From: Fonticula alba ATCC 38817
Lineage: Eukaryota > Protista > Nucleariida
NCBI GenBank assembly: GCA_000388065.2
Contig: KB932208.1
DNA: 16,747 nucleotides
Reading direction: 5' to 3' (one strand)
Of the stretch, positions 9,143 to 16,747 are shown piece by piece; position 1 is the first letter of the stretch, and each line of letters opens with the position of its first letter. Under the pieces are notes generated by a model. It saw only the letters and a list, made by a program, of their open reading frames with translations, had not been told where the DNA came from and did not search any database. The translations under genes and the position numbers were made by a program.

Positions 9143-9980
9143 CCCCTGTCATTCACCCATTGGCATGCACTTGTGGCACGCCTCCCCCGCTCTCACATGC
9201 TACTGACATTTGCTCCTCCTTCGCCCTTGGCCTCTCGCCCTCCACACCCTGCCCTCCGTCCTCCGCCCTGGACCTGCTGCCTACCGCCCTTCTCCCTCCG
9301 CCTCCCACTCTCTTCCTGTGCATTCGCGTGTGTGCGCGCGCACACACACACACAGTGGTGTCCGCCCGTTCGGTGTGTCTCTGCTGGTTGCCGGCCATGA
9401 CCACAATGGCCCGGCCCTGTACCAGGTTGACCCGTCCGGGTCTTACTTCGCCTGGAAGGCGGCTGCCATCGGCAAGAACATGCTCAGCGGCAAGACCTTC
9501 CTCGAGAAGCGGTACGCACCGGTGATCTTCCTCGCCGGAGTCCGCCTACTATTGTGGCGCTCTTGTCTTCGCGCTTTCGGCGGGGGCCCTCGGGAGTGCC
9601 GTGCCCCGCCCAGCCTGAATCCACTCCGCTGTCGTCGACTCACCCTTCCCCCCCCCCCCCCCCTCCCTCCCTTCCTTCCCTCCATCCTCCCCTGTCCCAC
9701 GTCTCCTCTGCCCGCCCTCCTGTGCAGTTACACCGAAAACATCGATCTGACTGATGCCATCTACACGGCCATTCTGGCCCTGAAGGAGGGCTTCGAGGGG
9801 GAGCTCACCGAGAACAACATTGAGGTTGCCGTTGTGGCGCCGGCTCCGCCGGAGGCCGCCTCGTCCGCCGGCGGCGTGGTTGTCACCGGCGGCAACCCCG
9901 ACGACCCGCTGTACCAGACCCGGCCGATCTTCCGGCGTCTGACCCCGGCCGAGATCAAGGACTACCTTGTCAACATCTGA
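8578..9980 (+). CDS. PSMA2: 20S proteasome subunit alpha type-2, 259 aa
   Basis: Exons 8578-8692, 8816-9071, 9356-9511, 9728-9980 total 780 nt. GT-AG introns at 8693-8815, 9072-9355 and 9512-9727 have matching phases. The product has the alpha-2 signature N-terminus [25 protein letters not shown], plus [29 protein letters not shown] and the C-terminal [13 protein letters not shown]. Yeast equivalent is PRE8. Confidence 0.97.
9100..9137 (+). repeat. (CT)19 microsatellite in PSMA2 intron 2
   Basis: Read directly from the sequence. Confidence 0.95.
9328..9354 (+). repeat. 20-bp perfect palindrome GTGTGTGCGCGCGCACACAC running into (CA)7 at the 3' end of PSMA2 intron 2
   Basis: 9328-9347 equals its own reverse complement; the CA repeat continues to the acceptor G at 9355. 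Confidence 0.9.
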
Positions 9981-10092
9981 GCATGCCTCGCGCACATGCA
10001 CGTGTGCCGGTTTCTCCCTTTTTTTCTTCTGGCCATCCTCCTCCTCGCCTCCCCCTCGTTCTGCCAGCCGGGGGTCAGTCCCGCACACATGA

Positions 10093-10818
10093 GTGCGCCC
10101 ATGCGTGCGCCCATGCGTGCGTCCGCGCCCACCGCTCGCCGCCCGCCGCGCGCCGCCCGCGCCTGTGTGGTGTACATGTCCCTTTCCCAGTCCAACGCCC
10201 CCCCCCCCCCCCCCTCCGCCTCTTCCGTCGCTTGTCTTTTCCCTGCTCTCGGGGCCGGGGCCAGTTGTGCACCTTGTATCATATCTCCCCATGACCAGCA
10301 AACCTGCGCGCGTACATGCGTGCGTGCGTGCGTGCGTGGCAAACAGCAACAACAACAACAACAACAACAGCACCCAGCAATACATCCCCCTTTCCAGATC
10401 TTCATTGGCCACATCCCCCAGGCTGCTCCATCTCGAGACCCGTCATGTGGGCTGTGGTGGTGGTATATTTGAGATCCAAATGTGCATGTACTGTTTTATA
10501 CACACGTCTCGTGTGTTGGTGGGTATATGTATGTATGAATGCATGTGTGTGTGTGTATGTGTGAGAGAGAGGGTGAGAGTGACTAAAGAGGAGGCAGTAT
10601 ACAAGGACACGGGGGAGACGCCGGGAGGCAGGAGAAAGAGAGGAGAGGCTCATACAGCATTGAGGCGCACAAAACAACACTGCGCCATGCGCGAGCCCAG
10701 CCCCACCTCCCCGACATCCCTTGGTTTCCACAGACACACACACACACACACACACTCACACACATACATGCACACATGCAGACATGCAGACACACACTCA
10801 CACTCACACACACACCGC
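10093..10818. repeat. Simple-repeat mosaic between convergent stop codons: 12-mer GTGCGCCCATGC x2.4 (10093-10121), (TGCG)5 (10317-10336), (CAA)7 (10347-10367), and GT- and CA-rich tracts
   Basis: Read directly from the sequence; lies between the PSMA2 stop (9980) and the ankyrin-gene stop (10819). Confidence 0.85.
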
Positions 10819-11147
10819 TCACCGCCCCATGCTGCTTTGATGTAGCGATGCCGCTGAGAGGTAGTAGCAGCTGAGTCGGTCGATCGGAGTGCTGAAGGAG
10901 GCCGGCCCGCTGCCGGACAGCCGCGACAGGGGGTCAGACTCCCGACTGGAAATCCCGGCCGGCGAGGGCAGCAGCAGCCGCGAGATCATCAGATTCGACA
11001 CCAAGTCAACCACCGACGCCGGGATCAGGGTGCTGGTCAGGCAATCGGGCAGCAACTTGAAGTCCCGGTCCTCCGGGGGCGGGGAGCCTCCCTCGGTGCC
11101 AGGGTCCACTTCGCTGGGTGCTGAGCCATTGGTGGGAATCCTGAGCA

Positions 11148-11197
<50 letters not shown>

Positions 11198-14100
11198 CAC
11201 GAAGGGAGAGGGAGAGCGAGGGAGCGAGAGAAGGGAGACGGACATGTCAGCATACATGCCCTTGCGAGGCAACGAATCTTCCTCCCTCTTGCGGGCCGGC
11301 TGGAAGGAAGGAAAGCCGAGGGGAGGAAGGGACAAGGCGGCAGGGCCATGTGACGCGGAAGGACGTACCGAATGGAGATCAGTGGCCCCACTGGCAGATC
11401 GACAACGACATTCCAAAGCAGCCGGTAGGTGCGCGGCCGGACAGCTGGCGCCGGTGCCGGTGCCGGCGCCGGAGTCGGCGTCGAGGTCTGTCGCCGCGGG
11501 CGCCTCGACGAATATATAGATGTCGAGGTGGCACTGGGCATGCTGCTGGCCGCTCCGGCGCCGCCAGGGACGCCATTGGCATCCGAGGAGAGGAGCTCAT
11601 CATTGAGCGGATGCCAATCAGTCGTGGCGATCGCCTGAATGTAAGGCGAGTCGAGGGGTCTGAAAATGAGCACCGAAAGGAGCCGCTGCTGCCGGTCGCG
11701 CTTCCCCGGGGTCGACCCGAGGGAGAAGTCTGAAGAGGAGATGCCAGCGGGCGTGATACCGGCGGTGGCGCCTGCCATGGCCGAAGGTCCACCGGTGATG
11801 GGCTGCCCTCGACCGGCCGGCGTCACGGTCGTCGTTGGTGGCGGGGTGGTGGCCGCACCGCTGGCCGCCGATTGGGTCCCGCCGCCAGTGGCGGCATCAG
11901 CCCGCGCGGCCCAATCGACCCCCGAGCACGCCGCCACCAACTCCCGATGGAGCATGGACCCAGCCTGGAAGTTCCACTTGCACAGGGAGGCCATGAAGGC
12001 ACCCTCCGGCAGCGAGCTCACCAAGATGCATGGGACGCTGGGGTCCAAGTTACGCCGCTTCAACGGATTGAAGTAGGACGTCTGCAACATCGGGGGGAGG
12101 GAGTCCTTCCGATTGCTGACCAGAAGGTAGCCGGAGTTCTTAAACACTGCGGCCGGGATCGGCGGTCAAGGTCATGCACGGACGGGAGGACAGACGGTCA
12201 GGGGAGTTAGCTCCAGATGGTCCCGGTCAGGGCCTCGCACAAGGGCCCACTTGGGCTTGGGGGGAAAGGGAGAAGGAGGAAAGGCCATAGCCGAGGCCGG
12301 GAAGGTGACGTACGCCCAGAGGGGGTCTGATGGAACATGATGGGCACCGGGACCACCTGCGGCGGGCTTGCCATGGCCACCGGATCGGAGGGACCACCGG
12401 CAGTCCCGGCCAGCATCGCCGGCAAGGCCAAGTGAGTGGGCCCGGCATCGTCGTGTGTCGACGGGGTCCCGCCCTGGGAGCCGGCCAGGGTGGTGGCCAC
12501 CCCGGCATCACGCTGCCGACCAATGGCCCCGAAGGGAGATCCACCGCCAATGCGACCGAATCCGGCGCTCTCCGGGAATCCAGGTCCAGCTGGCCCGAAG
12601 GATGGCGAAGTCTTTGACACCGGCACCACACTGGAGATGCCAGCCTCCGGGGAGGGCTTGTCAGTGGCCGCAGCCGGAGCCCCGTCCGATGGAGACGGCC
12701 GCCGGGCGCCACTCGCCGCATCGGCCTTGGACTCGAGAGCCCCCCCTTCCGACAGGGCTTCATCGGCGGTGGCGTCGGATTGCCCACTGGCCGAAGGGGC
12801 TGCCACATTGAGAGCCGGGGTCCCTCCACGCAGGGAGGGGCTGCCCTCATTTTGCGGCGTGCCACCCGACCCGGAGGTGTTGGTGTTCTCCAGCAAGAAG
12901 ATGATACGCTCGAGACTGGCCCGATCGGCCACCGGCGGATCAATCTTGGAGGAGCTGCCGGTGTCCAGGGCGGCCAGGTGTTGGCGCGCGATGGTGAGCG
13001 GCTCCCGCCGGAGGCCATCCTTCAGCAGATGCCGGGCACCACGCTGCAACAGCGCCTCCACCACATCCGCATGGCCGGCCCCGACGGCCAGGTGCAGTGC
13101 GGTGGCCGAGGTGTCCACAGTCCGCGCGTCGATCAAGGCCCCGAAGTTGTCCACCAGGTGCACAACCGCCCGCATGGCACCGGCCGCAGCGGCCGTATGC
13201 AGCGGCTGGTGGCCATTGATGTCCACGTCACTGACATTCGGCCGGCCCGTGATCGGAATGTGTGAGAAGGGGCCGGATGAATCGCCAGTGCCGCTGGACC
13301 CGGTGGCGCTGCCGGTGCCGGTGCTCGCCTGGCTGGACCCCCCGTCGGCGGCATCCCCCTCGGGTCCGGCAGCTCGGAGAAGGAAATCGATCATTTCCAA
13401 GTTCGCGTGCCGGGCGGCCAGGTGCAGCATGGTTTCACGGTGCCCATGCTTCCCGGGACCGGCCAGTGTCCCGGCCGGCATGCGGACGCCGCCTTCCATC
13501 AGCTCGAAGCCCGTCAATGTCAGCGAGTGGGCATCGATCAGCTCCAGAATCCGGCCGATCTGGCCCGGCGTCGGGATCAGGGAGAACACCTCACTGCGAA
13601 TGCGTTGTTGGTCGATGCGCTCCTTCTGGGCCGCCTGCCGAGCTTGACGCTCTTGCTCCTGTCGCTCCCGACGCCGGAGGGCCTCGGCATCGGCCTTCTC
13701 CTTGGCCAGGCGATCGGCCTCGGCCCGGAGCTTTTTCCGATGCATATCCTCCTTCAGGACAATGTGCTGATAGTAGCGCTCCTTGTCTTCGTTCTGGCGC
13801 TTGAGCTCGTCGAACAGGAAGCGGCGTTGCTATGGGAGGGGCAGCGGCGAATGGGCGAGGGGGGAGGGTAAGCGACGGCGATGGAGAAGGATGGGGGGGA
13901 GGGGGGGGGGGGGGAAGGGCAGGAGAGGTGCCACCAAGGAAGGCGCACGTCTTTCGGCTTCGACCGGTGCTCGTCATCACTGTCACTTGTGGAGCCGTGG
14001 TGCTTTTGGCACGTGTGACACCAGACATTCGGGGGGTTCTCATTGAGTGTGCTCAGCATTTCGTCTGTTGTCGCGGGGTAGGGAAAGATGGGCCGGCAGG

Positions 14101-14555
14101 AGAGGCGAGCGCGCGTGGTGTGTGTGGTGTGCGTGCATGCGTGTATGTGTGCATGGGGGAGGAGGAGAGGGCCGTAGGGGAGAAGACAATGGTCAGAGGC
14201 ACAGATGGGAAAGGGGGAAGCCACGAAGGGACACCGCCGTGCATGGGGAACGGGTGGAGTCACGCACCGAAGGACCGGGAGAAGATGCTGGTATCCATCG
14301 ATTGCGCGGCGCAATTGTTGAGCGTGAGATCGATGTGCCGGGCCAGCTGGGAATAGGCCTCGCCTGGTGGGGATTGCAAACAGAGAGTGTTAGCAGAGCA
14401 GGACCAGAAAGAGCCCGCGTGTTGCAGGGGGGGGGGGGGGGGGCGGAGTGTCAGAACGCACGAAGCAGCTCCACTTCACTACCAAAGGTCACCGGCGGGA
14501 GCTCGGATTGGTGGCTGCGCAGAGCTTCACTATTCGCAAGCTCAGAATTGGACTC

Positions 14556-14591
<36 letters not shown>

Positions 14592-15175
14592 GTCCATGTC
14601 CGTGTGGATGCGTGGGTGGGGTGAGCAGATGGTTTGAGGAAAAGACCAAGTAGTGGATGCCCTTGGGGGAGGGGGGGGGGATATTCTACGCTGGGACATG
14701 TGGGCACATGCGTACCACTCTGGAACTCCTCCGGGCGCATGCGATATGCCTTCTCGATGAAGTCGGACATGATGACCTCGGCCGGGTCAAGGTTCAGGTC
14801 TCGGGGAAGGGGCGGTCCGGATGCAGATGCTGGATGAGCAGGCGCCTGGAAGAGAGGAGCGACAGGGCGTTAGTGTCACTTTGAAAATACACACACACAC
14901 ATACACGCACATGAGCGGACACGTGTGCTAAGGGGGGGGGAAGGGGGGAGGAGCGAGGAGCGAGGAGGGAAAGATGAAGAAGCAGACAAATGTGATACCT
15001 CAAACGGAGCAGCGGGAGGGGCACCGGCAGGATTGGGCGGGGGGGTATGCGCCATGTCCTGCGGGGCATGCGCAGGGCTGTTCAGCTGGATGAAGTTGGG
15101 CGAAGATCGGGCCGACGACGTAGCATGTCCGTAAGTCAGCGGAGCTGATTTCTGGTTGTTCTTTGACTTGGCCAT
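10819..15175 (-). CDS. Uncharacterised ankyrin-repeat and coiled-coil protein, ~1076 aa
   Basis: Manual model, exons 15175-14999, 14845-14716, 14557-14462, 14363-14268, 14064-13949, 13829-12314, 12146-11369, 11140-10819, total 3231 nt. All seven GT-AG introns are phase-consistent (0,1,1,1,0,1,2), several with ACTAAC, GCTAAC or GCTGAC branch motifs. Ankyrin motifs: GHRETMLHLAARHANLEMIDFLL, INGHQPLHTAAAAGAMRAVVHLV, TSATALHLAVGAGHADVVEALLQRGA. The small 5' exons and the exact stop are less certain than exon 6. Confidence 0.8.
11155..11190 (+). repeat. (GT)18 microsatellite, read as (CA)n near the acceptor of ankyrin-gene intron 7
   Basis: Read directly from the sequence; adjoins the palindrome GTGCGCGCGCAC at 11189-11200. 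Confidence 0.95.
12975..13445 (-). other. Ankyrin-repeat region: three repeats plus a degenerate fourth, with a Gly/Ser insert after repeat 1
   Basis: TxLH / PLH-xAA-G-VV-LL-GA patterns in the 12207..13745 ORF. Boundaries are approximate. Confidence 0.9.
14559..14586 (+). repeat. (TG)14 microsatellite, read as (CA)14 abutting the acceptor of ankyrin-gene intron 2
   Basis: Read directly from the sequence; the minus strand reads (CA)14-G| at 14558. Confidence 0.95.
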
Positions 15176-15183
15176 AGAGGCAG

Positions 15184-15238
15184 CTAGGGGTTGGTGTGGA
15201 GAAGGGAGTAGGTGGAAGAGGGGGGTTAGAGAAGAGGG

Positions 15239-15295
<57 letters not shown>

Positions 15296-15309
15296 ACAGA
15301 AAGACGCAC
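15184..15309 (-). other. Putative 5'-UTR intron of the ankyrin gene containing a C53 homopolymer
   Basis: Consensus donor G|GTGCGT at 15309, G53 on the + strand at 15242-15294, a CTAAC branch motif, and TAG| ending at 15184, 8 nt before the ATG. Confidence 0.6.
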
Positions 15310-15651
15310 CAAGTCAAGGTGCGAGTGGGGTGCACAAAAGCAAAGCTGTCTTGTTGTTGAGGGAGCGAGAGCGCGACTGTCAGAGGGATGTGCTTACGGC
15401 CGTGGGCGCGACTGCGGCCACTTTGCAAGAAGGGGACAACGGCGAGGCGGGACGCGAGTGCAGGATGCCGCAAACGTAGGTAGGACTGACTGGCGACAGG
15501 GGCGAGAGACAGGCGAGCTGAAGAGAGGGGGGGAGGGAGGGCAGCAGCGGCGGCCGGGGTCCCTCTGGCGGTCGACGACGGAGAGAGCAGGGGGGCTCGA
15601 ACGGCAAGGGCGTGAATGGAGGCGGAGGGAGGGGGTGTCGAGCAGCACCGG

Positions 15652-16198
15652 NNNNNNNNNNNNNNNNNNNNNNNNNNNNNNNNNNNNNNNNNNNNNNNNN
15701 NNNNNNNNNNNNNNNNNNNNNNNNNNNNNNNNNNNNNNNNNNNNNNNNNNNNNNNNNNNNNNNNNNNNNNNNNNNNNNNNNNNNNNNNNNNNNNNNNNNN
15801 NNNNNNNNNNNNNNNNNNNNNNNNNNNNNNNNNNNNNNNNNNNNNNNNNNNNNNNNNNNNNNNNNNNNNNNNNNNNNNNNNNNNNNNNNNNNNNNNNNNN
15901 NNNNNNNNNNNNNNNNNNNNNNNNNNNNNNNNNNNNNNNNNNNNNNNNNNNNNNNNNNNNNNNNNNNNNNNNNNNNNNNNNNNNNNNNNNNNNNNNNNNN
16001 NNNNNNNNNNNNNNNNNNNNNNNNNNNNNNNNNNNNNNNNNNNNNNNNNNNNNNNNNNNNNNNNNNNNNNNNNNNNNNNNNNNNNNNNNNNNNNNNNNNN
16101 NNNNNNNNNNNNNNNNNNNNNNNNNNNNNNNNNNNNNNNNNNNNNNNNNNNNNNNNNNNNNNNNNNNNNNNNNNNNNNNNNNNNNNNNNNNNNNNNNN
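15652..16198. other. Assembly gap (547 N)
   Basis: Run of N followed directly by a G homopolymer. Confidence 1.
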
Positions 16199-16747
16199 GG
16201 GGGGGGGGGGGGGGCCGCCGGCAAGATGCAAGGCCCGTGGGCTGCGCCATGCAGAGCGGGGCAGACGGACGAAAAGCCCTCGTCGCCCCCCCCTCTCGTC
16301 GACCGGGCTCGCCCGGGTGTCCACGGAATCCGCTCCCCACCGTCTCCCCCCCCCCCCCCCGAATGCCCAAAGATTCCCTGACCATCGGTATCCTGGCCTC
16401 TTGCACTTACACCGCACGGATATATGAGAGACTTTCTCCCGGTAGCCTCCCTCCCGGTCCCGGCCGACCGGTGGCCCACACGGCTAACCAGCCCGTGGCA
16501 GCCAGTAAGCCCGTGGGGCTAGGGCGGTGCACTGGGGGGGGGGGGGGGGAACGCGCGGCAGAGATGCTCGCACGGCAACCCCAGTTCCTGCTGGGCTGGT
16601 CCCCGCCCAACGCCGGTCTACGTTGGTGGTGTGAGCGCCAGCAAGGGCGGTTGCTGCCGCCTCTCCTCCGCCAGCCGACCCGTTCCTGGCTCATGCTCTC
16701 GAGGCGCGGCGCCCCACACGCCCTTTTACCCGCCCAGCAGCTCCCGC

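Noticed and set aside
1-9980. Functional clustering of a stress transcription factor with a proteasome gene
   Set aside because: Divergent adjacency 4.3 kb apart is ordinary in compact eukaryotic genomes, and I found no convincing shared element or HSE array.
12436-13871. Long plus-strand ORFs 12436..13647 and 13407..13871
   Set aside because: Antisense shadows of ankyrin-gene exon 6; no independent domain or splice support.
1487-14267. Three introns of identical length, 203 nt (1487-1689, 2194-2396, 14065-14267)
   Set aside because: No shared sequence or terminal repeats to suggest an introner element; the lengths fall within the local 98-284 nt range and depend on homopolymer calls, so coincidence is likely.
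15380-16747. ORFs around and after the second large gap
   Set aside because: Mostly N or low-complexity translation with no domain or supported splice pair; best treated as upstream sequence of unknown content.
1-16747. CRISPR arrays, tRNA/rRNA genes, transposase or reverse-transcriptase remnants
   Set aside because: No spaced direct repeats, cloverleaf-like or rRNA-like segments, terminal repeats or catalytic motifs were visible by eye. A covariance-model scan was not run.

Overview
GC-rich eukaryotic genomic DNA with spliceosomal introns, many G/C homopolymers and microsatellites, and three assembly gaps (4768-4777, 6048-6422, 15652-16198). I could build three intron-containing genes by hand, all with consistent splice phases. 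(1) Minus strand, <1..4267, running off the left edge: a Skn7/Prr1-type transcription factor with an HSF DNA-binding domain, a short coiled coil, a polyQ linker and an intact phospho-receiver domain. (2) Plus strand, 8578..9980: 20S proteasome subunit alpha-2 (PSMA2/PRE8), with a long C-terminal loop insertion. (3) Minus strand, 10819..15175: an uncharacterised ~1076-aa protein with a CxxCxxHH motif, a charged coiled coil, ankyrin repeats and an unrecognised C-terminal region. The sequence style plus a fungal-type Skn7 suggests a holomycotan protist such as Fonticula; this is inference and was not checked. I see no rRNA, tRNA, CRISPR array, mobile element or clustered multi-gene system. The most notable signals are the Skn7 orthologue, a 5' splice-site set with no A at +4 (11 of 13 have C), introns ending in (CA)n behind distant branch points, and several stop-free in-frame introns. 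Most ORFs in the supplied track are antisense or out-of-frame shadows caused by high GC content.
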